The position numbers were made by a program, and so were the translations under genes. From positions 234,232 through 298,231 of the forward strand of contig NZ_JAHRYQ010000002.1 of assembly GCF_020622065.1 (NCBI RefSeq): a stretch of 64,000 nt of DNA, written 5' to 3'. Positions 45,995 through 55,661 of the stretch are shown one piece after another; positions within the stretch are counted from its first letter, which is position 1, and the number at the start of each line of letters is the position of its first letter. This DNA comes from Geothrix sp. (GTDB lineage: Bacteria; Acidobacteriota; Holophagae; Holophagales; Holophagaceae). Under the pieces are notes generated by a model. It searched no databases, was not told the DNA's origin, and worked only from the letters and a program-made list of their open reading frames with translations.

Positions 45995-47095
45995 ATGGCT
46001 GTGGCTTGTGGCATCGTGGGGCTCCCCAATGTGGGAAAATCCACCCTTTTCAACGCTCTCACCCGTGCGGGCGCGGCTTCGGCCAACTATCCCTTCTGCA
46101 CCATCGAGCCCAATACGGGCGTGGTGGATGTGCCCGATCCCCGCCTGGCGGCCCTGGCCGAGATCGTGAACCCCCAGCGGGTCCTGCCGGCGGCCCAGGA
46201 ATTCGTGGATATCGCGGGCCTGGTCCGGGGCGCCAGCAAGGGCGAGGGCCTGGGCAACGCCTTCCTGGGCCACATCCGGGAGACCGATGCCATCGTCCAG
46301 GTGGTGCGCTGCTTCGAGGACGGCAATGTCACCCATGTGGAGGGTGGCGTGGACCCGGAGCGGGACCTCAGCATCATCGAGACGGAACTGGTCATCAAGG
46401 ACCTGGACGCCGTCGAGAAGGGCCTGGAGCGCCACCGGAAGGTCGCCAAGACCGGCAACAAGGAATCCCTGGCCCTGGTGGCGGTGCTGGAGCGGGTCTT
46501 CGCGGCCCTGGACGGCGGCAAGTGGGCCCGCACCGCGGGCCTGTCGCCCGAGGACAAGGCCCTCATCAAGTCCTACGGCCTGCTCACCCTCAAGCCCACC
46601 CTCTTCGTGGGCAACATCGGGGAGGAGGACATCCGGAACCCCGAGGGCAATGCCCACTACCAGAAGCTCCTGGCGCTCGCCGCCGAGCGCCAGGCCCCCT
46701 GCATCCCCATCTGCTCCAAGCTCGAAGCCGAGATTCAGGACCTCCCCGAGGAGGACCGTCCCCTCTTCCTGGAGGAGGCCGGCCTGTCGGAACCGGGCCT
46801 CAATGTCCTCATCCACGCCAGCTACGACCTGCTGGGCCTCCAGACCTACTTCACCGCCGGGGTGAAGGAAGTGCGGGCCTGGACCATCCACAAGGGGGAC
46901 ACGGCCCCCCAGGCCGCGGGCGTCATCCACACCGACTTCGAGAAGGGCTTCATCCGGGCCCAGGTCATCGCCTACGAGGACTTCATCCAGTACCGGGGCG
47001 AGCAGGGGGCCAAGGATGCCGGGAAGATGCGCACTGAGGGCAAGGACTATGTGGTGAAAGATGGGGACCTCATGAACTTCCTGTTCAATGTCTGA
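45995..47095 (+). CDS. ychF: redox-regulated ATPase YchF
   Basis: [18 protein letters not shown]...[15 protein letters not shown]...[19 protein letters not shown]...[13 protein letters not shown]. Start refined to ATG 45995. Confidence 0.95.
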   Translation: MAVACGIVGLPNVGKSTLFNALTRAGAASANYPFCTIEPNTGVVDVPDPRLAALAEIVNPQRVLPAAQEFVDIAGLVRGASKGEGLGNAFLGHIRETDAIVQVVRCFEDGNVTHVEGGVDPERDLSIIETELVIKDLDAVEKGLERHRKVAKTGNKESLALVAVLERVFAALDGGKWARTAGLSPEDKALIKSYGLLTLKPTLFVGNIGEEDIRNPEGNAHYQKLLALAAERQAPCIPICSKLEAEIQDLPEEDRPLFLEEAGLSEPGLNVLIHASYDLLGLQTYFTAGVKEVRAWTIHKGDTAPQAAGVIHTDFEKGFIRAQVIAYEDFIQYRGEQGAKDAGKMRTEGKDYVVKDGDLMNFLFNV

Positions 47096-47203
47096 ACTCA
47101 TTCTTCCGGCGCCTTTTCCCGATGCCTTGGGAACGGGTGAGGATCGATGAGCCTGGTCAGGTCAAGCGGGGGGTCCGGACGGGAATCGACCGTCGAAGAT
47201 CCC

Positions 47204-48406
47204 ATGCAGATCCGCCGGGCCCTGACCGACCTGCAGCGCGCTGAATCGGAGTTCCCCATCAAGGTGGAGGGCACGCACACGCTGCCCTACACCGCCTGGG
47301 TCCAGCACCTGGACTTCGAGAAGGGCGTTCTCCATCTGAAGCTCATCCGCCCCCTCCCCCACGAGATGGTGAGCGGCGCTCCTTTCGAGATGCTCTTCGC
47401 GGTCGGAGAGCAGCGCTTCGAGGCCCCCCTCACCTTCCTGGGCCGGGAATCCTATCTCCTGTACCGATTCTCCGTTCCCCTCCGAATGACGCAGTCGGAC
47501 CGGCGCACCCACAAGCGGTATCCCTTCCGGCCTCGGGAGAAGGCCTATGTGCTGGCCCAGGATTCGGGCCTGCCGGGCTTCGGCTTCGCGGGGCCCCTGG
47601 TGAACCTCTCCCTCGGCGGGCTCGCCTTCCGGGTGGATCGGGTCATGCGGCTGGATGACCACATGCGCGTCACCCCGGGCGTGGGCTTCTTCGAAAAGGG
47701 GAAGGAACTTCCCATGCTGAAGATCCGGGATCTGCCCAAGCACCCCCTCTTCGAGGCCCGGGGACGGGTGGCCAATGCCTGGGAGCGGGATGGGGAGATC
47801 ATCATCGGGGTCCAGTTCCTGGATCTCAAGGACTCGGAACTCAACCAGATCCAGGATGTCCTGACCATCCGGGAACAGATGCAGCGCGTGTCCAGCTCGA
47901 CACCCTCGACCCCTTCCGGCGGCCGGGAGGCCAAGGCCAAGGCCAAGGCCGGGGTGGAGAACAAGGGACCTGGAAGCCGCATGAATCCGGCAGGGGCCGA
48001 GACGCCGGATGCCCTGACCCGGTTGGGGCGCCGAGGCACCTGCCTGGTGCTGGCCATGACCCCCGGGCCGGCCCGCGAGGAGGCCCAGGCTGCCCTGAGG
48101 GCTGCGGGTTACCTCCGTCTGGATCCGGTGGACACCCTGGAGCAGGCCCTGGACCGCCTGCGGACCGACTCCGGGGCCGCCAGCCGGCTGCTGGTCCTCG
48201 AGGTTCCCCCGGGCTCCGAGCCCCCGGTGACCGACCTCCGCAACCTCCAGCGCGAGTTGGGCGAACTCCGGGAACTGCCCGTGGCGCTCATCCGGTCCGG
48301 AGGCATGCCCGCCGAGACCGAGGATCCCCTGATCCGCCCCCTCCCCTGGCCCGGAGGCGGAGAGACTGCCTGGCTGCCCCTTCTGGACGAACTCGCGGGT
48401 CTGTAG
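47204..48406 (+). CDS. YcgR-like PilZ-domain c-di-GMP receptor with a C-terminal degenerate receiver-like extension
   Basis: QSDRRTHKRYPF (RxxxR) and NLSLGGLAF (D/NxSxxG), preceded by a PilZN-like module. The C-terminal ~130 aa have a CheY-like alternating pattern without a clear phospho-acceptor context. Confidence 0.7.
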   Translation: MQIRRALTDLQRAESEFPIKVEGTHTLPYTAWVQHLDFEKGVLHLKLIRPLPHEMVSGAPFEMLFAVGEQRFEAPLTFLGRESYLLYRFSVPLRMTQSDRRTHKRYPFRPREKAYVLAQDSGLPGFGFAGPLVNLSLGGLAFRVDRVMRLDDHMRVTPGVGFFEKGKELPMLKIRDLPKHPLFEARGRVANAWERDGEIIIGVQFLDLKDSELNQIQDVLTIREQMQRVSSSTPSTPSGGREAKAKAKAGVENKGPGSRMNPAGAETPDALTRLGRRGTCLVLAMTPGPAREEAQAALRAAGYLRLDPVDTLEQALDRLRTDSGAASRLLVLEVPPGSEPPVTDLRNLQRELGELRELPVALIRSGGMPAETEDPLIRPLPWPGGGETAWLPLLDELAGL

Positions 48407-48436
48407 CCGCGCCCAGGGCAGCGCCCGGCGCTGCAC

Positions 48437-50653
48437 TTAAAGTGGCGCGACCTTCACCAGCTGGCCGTTTCCGTCCACGCGCTGGAAACCGTCCTCGATG
48501 CGGTTGGCCCCGCGCATCACCGGATCCGCGGCATCCTTCGCCAGCAGGATGCCGCCCCGGGCGTTGCGGTGCACCACGCACTCCTCCAGCGTGGCCTGGG
48601 AGTCCTCCAGGAGGAGCAGCCCTGTGTCCAGGCCGTCCTTGAGGGTGCAGCGCACCAGCAGCAGGCTGCCACCGGGCTCCACCTGCACTCCGGCCCCGGC
48701 ATTGCCCAGGATCTCGCAGCCGTCGAGCACGCCCTGGCCTCCTTCGGCACAGTCCACGCCCAGGGATCGGCCCTCGGAGAATGAACTGTTCCGGGCCTGG
48801 ATCGTGGCTCCGTGGTGGATGAGCAGACCCGCACCCCCATTCGCCTGGACGGTGCAGCCCTCCAGCGTCGCCAGCCCCCGGTCCATGACCGACAGGCCAA
48901 AACCGGCGTTCCCCACCAGCCGGCACTGGCGGAGCAGGACATTGGCCCCGGCCAGCACATGCGCGCCCGAGCACTCGTGGCCGCCCAGCTCGCAGGCATC
49001 GAGCACCGCGTGGCTGCGTTCCAGGGCCAGCAGGCCCGCGTAGCGGCTGTCCATCAGGCGGCACCGGGTCAGTTGCACCCGGCCCTCGGGTTCCACCTCC
49101 ACCGATCCCGCGGCGGCGGTCAGTCCGCAGTCCTGCACCTCGGCCTGGCCGCGCCCCTGGACCCGCAAGGCCACGCCATCGCCGGGCCCGACCTGAACTC
49201 CGGAAAGGGAGACCTGGGCCCCGGGCCTCACCAGGATGCCGGCCTCCCGGAACCCCGTGAGGGTCCCTCCTTCCGCCCGGGCCTGGGCCCCCTGCTCGGT
49301 CACCAGGCCCCAGGCCCCCTGACCGGTGAAGATACAGTCCCGGAACAGTGCCGAGGTTCCGGCACCATCCACCACCGCGCCCGCCAAGCCGCCTTCGATG
49401 ATGCAATGCTCCACGAGGGGCGCGCCTCCCGAGATCTTCAAGGCGGCCTCGCCTTCCATCCCCCGGAGGGTGATCCCCCGAAGTACCGCGCCGCGGGCCT
49501 GGATCACCATGGCCGCCCCCGTGGCGCCCTCCAGCACCACCTCGCCAGCTTCCCCCTGGGCCAGGATCGTGACGGCCTTGTCCACCACCACCGATTCCCG
49601 GTAGGCGCCGGGCAGGATCAGAATCTCCATGCCGGGCTTGGCCTGCCGGAGGGCCACCTTCAAGCTGAGGCACTGCCCCTGTCCACCTTTGCCGACCCGG
49701 ATCAGGTGGCCGGAGGTCTCAGCGGCCGGCGGAGGGGGGACGGCAGCGGGCGCGGGGGCCGAGACTGGAACCGGGGCCGCGGCGGGAGCGGACGCCGGGG
49801 GGGGCTCGACCAGGACGCTCATGGCCTCGCGGATGGCCATGCCCAGGGCCTCCGCACCCGGATACCGGTCGCCGGGCTGCTTGGACAGGGCCCGCTCCAC
49901 CACGGCCAGCAGACGGCCGGAGAGGTCCTTCATGTCCGTCGGCCGCAGGGGCTCCGGAGGATGGAGGAGGATGCGGTTCAGCACCGAGGTGGTGGTTTCA
50001 CCCTGGAAGGGCTTCCGCCCCCCTGTGAGGATCTCGTAGAGGATCACGCCCAGGGCGAAGAGGTCGGAACTCGTCGAAGACTTGCCCGTGTCCAGGTATT
50101 CCGGCGCCATGTAGCTGGCAGTGCCCATCCAGGTGCCGGTCTGGGTCAGGCCCGAGGGACCCATCTGGGCGACCCCGAAGTCCATGAGCTTGGCGTGGGG
50201 GCGCTTCCCGTGCCGGGTCACCAGGATGTTCGCGGGCTTGATGTCCCGGTGGATCACCCCCCGATCGTGGGCATAACCCAGGCCCTCGCAGACCTGGATC
50301 AGCACTTCCAGAAGCTCGGCCTTGGGGGTCTGACCCGCCCGGATCAAGGCCTCCAGCTCATCGCCCTGGATGTGCTCCATGGCCAGGTAGTGGACGCCCT
50401 CGTCCTCGCCGAACTCGTAGACCGTGACGATGTGGGGGTGGTTCAGCATGGCGGCGGCCCGCGCCTCCCGCTCGAACCGCGCCTGGGCCTCCTCGCCGAA
50501 GGCCGAACCGGCGGAGATGACCTTCAGGGCCACCTCCCGACCCAGCTTGGGATCGCGCCCCAGGTAGACCTCACCCATGGCGCCCTTCCCCAGAAGGCGC
50601 ACCACCTCGAATTTGCCGAGCCGTTCCCGCATGGGTCTCCTATCGGCACCCAC
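48437..50653 (-). CDS. Ser/Thr protein kinase fused to parallel beta-helix (PbH1/CASH-like) repeats
   Basis: GKGAMGEVYLG...VALKV, HRDIKPANIL, DFG and APE, then a Pro/Ala linker. About 400 aa of repeated G-x-hydrophobic beta-helix rungs follow (VLEGATGAAMVIQARGAVLRGITLRG...). Confidence 0.85.
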   Translation of the reverse strand: MGADRRPMRERLGKFEVVRLLGKGAMGEVYLGRDPKLGREVALKVISAGSAFGEEAQARFEREARAAAMLNHPHIVTVYEFGEDEGVHYLAMEHIQGDELEALIRAGQTPKAELLEVLIQVCEGLGYAHDRGVIHRDIKPANILVTRHGKRPHAKLMDFGVAQMGPSGLTQTGTWMGTASYMAPEYLDTGKSSTSSDLFALGVILYEILTGGRKPFQGETTTSVLNRILLHPPEPLRPTDMKDLSGRLLAVVERALSKQPGDRYPGAEALGMAIREAMSVLVEPPPASAPAAAPVPVSAPAPAAVPPPPAAETSGHLIRVGKGGQGQCLSLKVALRQAKPGMEILILPGAYRESVVVDKAVTILAQGEAGEVVLEGATGAAMVIQARGAVLRGITLRGMEGEAALKISGGAPLVEHCIIEGGLAGAVVDGAGTSALFRDCIFTGQGAWGLVTEQGAQARAEGGTLTGFREAGILVRPGAQVSLSGVQVGPGDGVALRVQGRGQAEVQDCGLTAAAGSVEVEPEGRVQLTRCRLMDSRYAGLLALERSHAVLDACELGGHECSGAHVLAGANVLLRQCRLVGNAGFGLSVMDRGLATLEGCTVQANGGAGLLIHHGATIQARNSSFSEGRSLGVDCAEGGQGVLDGCEILGNAGAGVQVEPGGSLLLVRCTLKDGLDTGLLLLEDSQATLEECVVHRNARGGILLAKDAADPVMRGANRIEDGFQRVDGNGQLVKVAPL

Positions 50654-50753
50654 CCGGTCCGCGTTCAGTTCGGGCTAATCCTCTCCGGGGGTTCCACGAT
50701 GCTCGCACACCCCCGGGATCCCCGCGCAGCCCCCGGCAAAGCCGGATGGCTGC

Positions 50754-51593
50754 TTACCTCGCCTCGATGGGCATGCGCCGCAGGCGCTCCACCCGGACGG
50801 CCATGGGGGGGTGGGTGGAGAACAGGCTCATAAGGCCGCCCGCGCTCAGCGGGTTCACGATCATCATGTGGGCCGTGGCGGGCTGAGCGGACTGCATGGG
50901 CAGCTGCTCGTTGTAGCTCTGCAGGCGCTCCAGGGCCGAGGCCAACATGTCGGGGCGGCCCGTCAGGTGGGCGCTGTAGTCGTCGGCCAGGTATTCCCGC
51001 GACCGGCTCACGGCCATCTGGAGCAGGATGGCCGCCAGGGGCCCGAGGATCATGATGGCGATCCCCGCCAGCGGGTTGGAGCGGCCCTCCTCGTCCCGGG
51101 GACTCACCCACATGGCCATGCGGGACAGGAACATGATGGCCTGGGCCAGCACAGCCGCCATGCTGCCGATGAGGATGTCCCGGTGCTTCACATGGCCGAG
51201 TTCGTGGCCGAGGACAGCCTCCAGCTCAGGCCGACTCAGAATCCGCATGATGCCCTCGGTGACGGCCACCACGGCATGCTCGGGGTTCCGGCCCGTGGCG
51301 AAGGCGTTGGGGGTGTCCTCGGGGATGATGGCGATGCGAGGCATGGGCAGGCCGGCCCGCTGGGCGAGGTTCGCCACGATGGCATAGAGCTCGGGGGCCT
51401 CGGCCTGGGTCACCACCCGCGCGCCGTAGCTGGCCAGGACGATCTTGTCCGAGAAGAAGTAGCTGATTCCGTTCATCACGAGGCCGATGGCGAGGGCCAT
51501 CACCATGCCCGACTGGCCCCCGAAGTAGTCGCCGATCCACACCAGCAGCCCCGTCATGGCCACGATGATGAGAAGGGTTTTCGCCTGGTTCAT
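50754..51593 (-). CDS. htpX: M48-family zinc protease HtpX
   Basis: HELGHVKHRD, 4 TM segments and ...FSTHPPMAVRVERL. GGAGG lies upstream of ATG 51593. Confidence 0.9.
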   Translation of the reverse strand: MNQAKTLLIIVAMTGLLVWIGDYFGGQSGMVMALAIGLVMNGISYFFSDKIVLASYGARVVTQAEAPELYAIVANLAQRAGLPMPRIAIIPEDTPNAFATGRNPEHAVVAVTEGIMRILSRPELEAVLGHELGHVKHRDILIGSMAAVLAQAIMFLSRMAMWVSPRDEEGRSNPLAGIAIMILGPLAAILLQMAVSRSREYLADDYSAHLTGRPDMLASALERLQSYNEQLPMQSAQPATAHMMIVNPLSAGGLMSLFSTHPPMAVRVERLRRMPIEAR

Positions 51594-51627
51594 GAAGCTT
51601 CCTCCACCTTCCAGGATACGGACTCGA

Positions 51628-53199
51628 TCAAGCACCCATCCGCTTGACGACCACCAGCGTCACATCGTCCCGGAAGCGTCCCTCCCCCAGGTGCTGGAAG
51701 GCCTCCACCAGCAGGGCCTCGAACAGCTCGTCCGCTCCGGCATGGGGCCGCCGGAGAACCACCTCGGCCAGGGGACCATCGCTCAGTTCTTCCCCTGCGG
51801 CGTTCTCCGCCTCCACCAGGCCGTCCGTGAAGGTCACCAGCACATCGCCCAGCCCCATGGCTGCGCGGCCCTCCGCGAACTTCACGCCCGGCAGCAGGCC
51901 CACCATGGGCCCCGTGGGGGAGAGCCGCACGACCTCGCCGCCGGCCCGCACCAGCAGTGGCGGGTTGTGGCCGCCGTTCACGAAGCGGAGGTCGCCGGTC
52001 TGGGGGTTGAGGCTGGCGGCGAAGAGGGTCGTGTAGCGGTTGCCGTCCCGGACATCATTCATGCGGCGGTTCAGGCGTTCCGCCAACCGACCCCAGTGCT
52101 CCACCCGGGCATCGCCCATGGCCCTCAGGAAGGCAGAGAGCTGGGTCATCATCATGGAGGCGGGCAGTCCCTTGCCGGAGATGTCGCCCACGGCGATATG
52201 GAGCCGGTCGCCCAGTTCCTCGTCCCGCGCCATCCACAGGTCGTAGAGGTCGCCGCCCACGGCCTGATAGGGCAGGTTCGCGGCGGCACACTGCCAGCCG
52301 TCCGGTTCGGGCAGCTCCTTGGGAAGCAGGCTGCGCTGGATATCCCGGGCGAGGTCGAGGTCCTTCTCCATGCGCCCGGCCTGGATGCGCGCCTCCCGCA
52401 GCTCCAGGCTCGAGAGTTGGGAGGAGGTCAGGTTCAGCAGGGTGTGGAGGAACACCTCGTCATCGTCGGACAGCTTCCCCACCGCCGGATCGGCGGCATA
52501 GGCGAAGCCGTGGCTGTGGTTCTGGTCCAGCAGCTCCACCGCATGCACCAGTCCCTTCGCCTCCACCAGCTCGTGCAGACGGTCGCCTTCGAGCGCCTCC
52601 GGTACCTGGCCCAGCCCTTTCGCGTGCAGCACCACCCCCTGGGCATCCACCACCAGGAGCCGCATGATCCGGAACTCGCCCATGAGCGTGTTGGCCATGA
52701 GCCGCACCAGGTCGTGCCGGGTCTCCACCTCGCCCAGGTTGCGGGTGAGCTCGAACACGGTGTTGAGGCGGGAGAGCTGCAGGGCCAGGGCCTGGTTCTG
52801 GGTGCTCCGAACGGCCTCGGCCCGGCGCCAGGCCAGCAGGGGGGCCGAGATGGACAGCAGCAGAGGCACCGCGCCCGGCAGGTCGCCGGTTTTCAGCACC
52901 AGGTGACCGTAGGTCTCATCCCCGTACCGCCAGGGCAGCACCTGCCAGCCCTCGCCGGGATGGGTGGGGAAGGCCGGCGCCGACCCCCGCAGGAAGAGCC
53001 ACCGCCCGCCGTCCCAGAGGCCACCCTGACCCGCCTTGGCGATGCCCATGGCCGTGATGCCCACCAGGTGGACCAGATCCTCTTCCGTCCCCTGCTCCGG
53101 GAAGGTCTCCAGGAAGTCGATGAGCGGAAGCAGCTCCTGCGCCCCCTCCGGGGTCTTCAGCGCCAGCTGGCGGAGGCGGTCGAAGGGGTTGGTCGGCAT
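51628..53199 (-). CDS. PP2C-type (SpoIIE/RsbU-like) serine phosphatase with N-terminal GAF-like sensor regions
   Basis: ARDIQRSLLP...VGGDLYD...AVGDISGKGLPASMMM...FTDGLVE, with a terminal ...DDVTLVVVKR. Confidence 0.85.
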   Translation of the reverse strand: MPTNPFDRLRQLALKTPEGAQELLPLIDFLETFPEQGTEEDLVHLVGITAMGIAKAGQGGLWDGGRWLFLRGSAPAFPTHPGEGWQVLPWRYGDETYGHLVLKTGDLPGAVPLLLSISAPLLAWRRAEAVRSTQNQALALQLSRLNTVFELTRNLGEVETRHDLVRLMANTLMGEFRIMRLLVVDAQGVVLHAKGLGQVPEALEGDRLHELVEAKGLVHAVELLDQNHSHGFAYAADPAVGKLSDDDEVFLHTLLNLTSSQLSSLELREARIQAGRMEKDLDLARDIQRSLLPKELPEPDGWQCAAANLPYQAVGGDLYDLWMARDEELGDRLHIAVGDISGKGLPASMMMTQLSAFLRAMGDARVEHWGRLAERLNRRMNDVRDGNRYTTLFAASLNPQTGDLRFVNGGHNPPLLVRAGGEVVRLSPTGPMVGLLPGVKFAEGRAAMGLGDVLVTFTDGLVEAENAAGEELSDGPLAEVVLRRPHAGADELFEALLVEAFQHLGEGRFRDDVTLVVVKRMGA

Positions 53200-53218
53200 G
53201 GCGGATGAACCGTGCGGT

Positions 53219-53656
53219 TCAGCTGATCTTCTTGATCAGGCAGCACTCGTTCCGGCCAGAGGCCTCGTCCGCCTTGAACTGGACTTCGTCCATGAAGCGG
53301 CTCATGAGCAGCAGTCCCAGGCCCCCCTTCCGCGGATGCTTGATGTACTCCTTGGGATCCGGCAGCACCATCTGGTCGCTGCGGATGCCCTGCCCGGAAT
53401 GCAGGATGTGGATCTCCAGAGCCTGTTCCGTGAAGCGCAGCTCCAGCTCCACCGTATGCTCGCCTTCGCCGTGATAGGCATGGAGGATCACATTGGTCAC
53501 CGCCTCGTCCACGGCGATGCTCACCTTGGCCGCGGCGGCGTCGTCGAGCCCGGCCACCAGCGAGGCCCGCTTGGCCAGGCCGGTCACGAGGTTCAGATAG
53601 CGGGTCTGGCTCGGAATGACGAGCTTGAACTGGGCGTGGTCCATCTTGGCCGCCAC
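53219..53656 (-). CDS. anti-sigma regulatory factor / STAS-protein kinase (RsbW/SpoIIAB-like HATPase)
   Basis: AVDEAVTNVILHAY (N-box) and GGLGLLLMSRFMDEV (G-box). Confidence 0.8.
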   Translation of the reverse strand: MAAKMDHAQFKLVIPSQTRYLNLVTGLAKRASLVAGLDDAAAAKVSIAVDEAVTNVILHAYHGEGEHTVELELRFTEQALEIHILHSGQGIRSDQMVLPDPKEYIKHPRKGGLGLLLMSRFMDEVQFKADEASGRNECCLIKKIS

Positions 53657-53658
53657 GA

Positions 53659-54018
53659 TCAGCCCTTCCGCTCCGGCGTGGTCGCCGCCAGAGCCTGATC
53701 CTCGTTGCCAAAGACCCGGTAGAGCTGGGTGAACCCCAGGGTGTCGAAGATCGCGAAGACATTGTCCTGGAGGTTGGACAATAGGATGTCCCCGTCATGC
53801 TCCCGCACCGTCTCGATGAGGCCCATGATGGCGCCCAGGCCTGCCGAGCTGATGTAGTTGAGGTCCTTGCAGTTGAGCAGGATGGTGTAGTGGCCGTTCT
53901 GGACCAGGTTCTCCAGGGCCTCCTCGAATTCCCGCACGGTATGGGCATTGATGAACCCGGCCGGGAGGAGCACCGACACGCCCTCGACCTGCCTCACCGC
54001 AATGGAAAGATCCGCCAT
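53659..54018 (-). CDS. STAS-domain anti-sigma-factor antagonist (RsbV/SpoIIAA-like)
   Basis: LLNCKDLNYISSAGLGAIM carries the phosphorylatable Ser context (DLxYISSAGL). Start refined to ATG 54018. Confidence 0.85.
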   Translation of the reverse strand: MADLSIAVRQVEGVSVLLPAGFINAHTVREFEEALENLVQNGHYTILLNCKDLNYISSAGLGAIMGLIETVREHDGDILLSNLQDNVFAIFDTLGFTQLYRVFGNEDQALAATTPERKG

Positions 54019-54134
54019 CCGCCATCTCCAAGGAACCTGGGCCATCCTATCGGTTCCCTCGGGTAATTGCCAGCGGGCGGGATTCCGGCCTGAAGTGGGA
54101 TACCCTGAACGCGAATCCTCTTCCGAGTCCACCG

Positions 54135-55205
54135 ATGAGCGACCCCAGCCCTGCGGACCAGCCTCCCCACGACGCCCTCCGGAGCGAGTTGGAGACCTGG
54201 CTGAACCAGCAGAACCAGGTCCTGCTCGAGGAAGTGATCGCCACCTGGCAGGGCGCCGTGGCCCGTTTCCGCCCGGATGGGGCCCTCCTCGACCGGCTCC
54301 GCGGGGCGATTCCGCCCCGCCCCGGATTCGAAGCGCCGCCGGCGGGCCCGGCCGGCGCCACTGATCAGCCCCTCGCCTCGGCCCTCGACCTCGTGGAAGG
54401 AGCCACTTCCCAGGGCGACCTGCTCAAGCGCCTCCTGGACGCCCTCGTGCCACTGGTGGAGCGCAGCGCCCTCTTCGTCCTCAAGCAGGGATTGGCCTCG
54501 CTCTACGCCCACCGGGGGTTCGAGGCCGGGGCCCCCTTGAAGCCCGGAGCCGTGGTCCCGCCTCCGGACCTGGAATCCGTCATTCAGGGCCTCGGCCGGT
54601 CCCTCCGGAAGAAGGGCCCCGGGTACGCCGCCCTGCTCGCCCCCCTCAGCCCCTTCGAGGCCGCGGACATGGCCGTCTTCCCCCTGCGCCACAAGCGGAA
54701 GACCGTGGCCCTGCTGCTGGTGGACAGCGGGCTCCGCCAGGGGCTGGATCACCCCGAATTCGTACGGGCGCTGGTGCTGGCGGCCTCCGCCACCCTGGCC
54801 TCCCTGGCCGCGGGGAAGGAGGACCCCTCCCATACCCAGCCGGGCACCTCATCAGACACCGCACCGGGCATCTCCTCCGCCAGCGCACCCACCCAGGTCG
54901 TGCCCGAATCCATCGGCGCCGCGTCACCCCAGGCCCTGGATCCGAGAACCCGGGCCGCCGCCGAGCGCCTGGCCCGGGTCCTCGTCGATGATGTGGAACT
55001 GTATTTTCCGGAAAAAGTCACCCAGGCCCGGGTGAAGGGGAATCTCTACCGCCTGCTCCGGGACGAGCTGGAGCGGAGCCGGGCGACCTTCGTGGACCGC
55101 TTCGGAGAATCAATCGAGGTGCAGCACCGGATTTTCACCAGCACCGTCATCCACCACCTATGCGAAGGCGATGCCTCCAAGCTCGGAGAGGCCCCTTGGG
55201 CCTAA
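54135..55205 (+). CDS. hypothetical protein (GAF-like middle region; conserved C-terminal helical module)
   Basis: The ORF has normal coding composition and runs divergent from the STAS operon. No named domain is confidently recognised. The C-terminus AAERLARVLVDDVELYFPEKV...LYRLLRDELERSR resembles a module seen in delta-proteobacterial and acidobacterial regulators (from memory only). Confidence 0.5.
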   Translation: MSDPSPADQPPHDALRSELETWLNQQNQVLLEEVIATWQGAVARFRPDGALLDRLRGAIPPRPGFEAPPAGPAGATDQPLASALDLVEGATSQGDLLKRLLDALVPLVERSALFVLKQGLASLYAHRGFEAGAPLKPGAVVPPPDLESVIQGLGRSLRKKGPGYAALLAPLSPFEAADMAVFPLRHKRKTVALLLVDSGLRQGLDHPEFVRALVLAASATLASLAAGKEDPSHTQPGTSSDTAPGISSASAPTQVVPESIGAASPQALDPRTRAAAERLARVLVDDVELYFPEKVTQARVKGNLYRLLRDELERSRATFVDRFGESIEVQHRIFTSTVIHHLCEGDASKLGEAPWA

Positions 55206-55286
55206 CCGCCCTGCAGGAGGTTGGTGACAACCGGGATTGACTCTGGTAGAACCTTGTTCCTTTGGGTACGGACGAGGAACGAGTCA

Positions 55287-55580
55287 ATGGCGAATCTTGG
55301 CAAGAAATTCACATGTTTCCAGTGCGCGGCGAAGTTTTATGACTTCGGAAAGCCCGAGGCGCTGTGCCCCAAGTGCGGCGCGAACCAGAAGGCCGCCCCC
55401 GCCAAGCCCCGCGCCGTGAAGAAGGAAAAGAGCGTGCATGTCATCGAGGACGACTTCGCGGCTGAGCCCGAAGCCGAGAACCTCGAAGAGGCTTTCAGCG
55501 AGACCGGCGTGCCCATCGAGCGCGGCCGCGGGGAGGGCTTCGATCCCGGCGACCTGCGCATGGACGACTACGACGAGTAG
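55287..55580 (+). CDS. FYDLN_acid-family zinc-ribbon protein
   Basis: LGKKFTCFQCAAKFYDFGKPEALCPKCG is followed by a basic then acidic tail ending DDYDE, matching the TIGR02300-type layout. Start refined to ATG 55287. Confidence 0.7.
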   Translation: MANLGKKFTCFQCAAKFYDFGKPEALCPKCGANQKAAPAKPRAVKKEKSVHVIEDDFAAEPEAENLEEAFSETGVPIERGRGEGFDPGDLRMDDYDE

Positions 55581-55661
55581 CGAACCCCGCCGGATCACAA
55601 GCAAGGCCCCCCAGGCAGCCCGCGCAGTGAGGATCCGGCGAGCGGTGAGCATAATGTCCGA

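Noticed and set aside
48812-53208. 673-aa (48812-50833) and 550-aa (51556-53208) plus-strand ORFs
   Set aside because: They are antisense to the Ser/Thr kinase, htpX and PP2C phosphatase genes, all of which have clear catalytic motifs on the minus strand.
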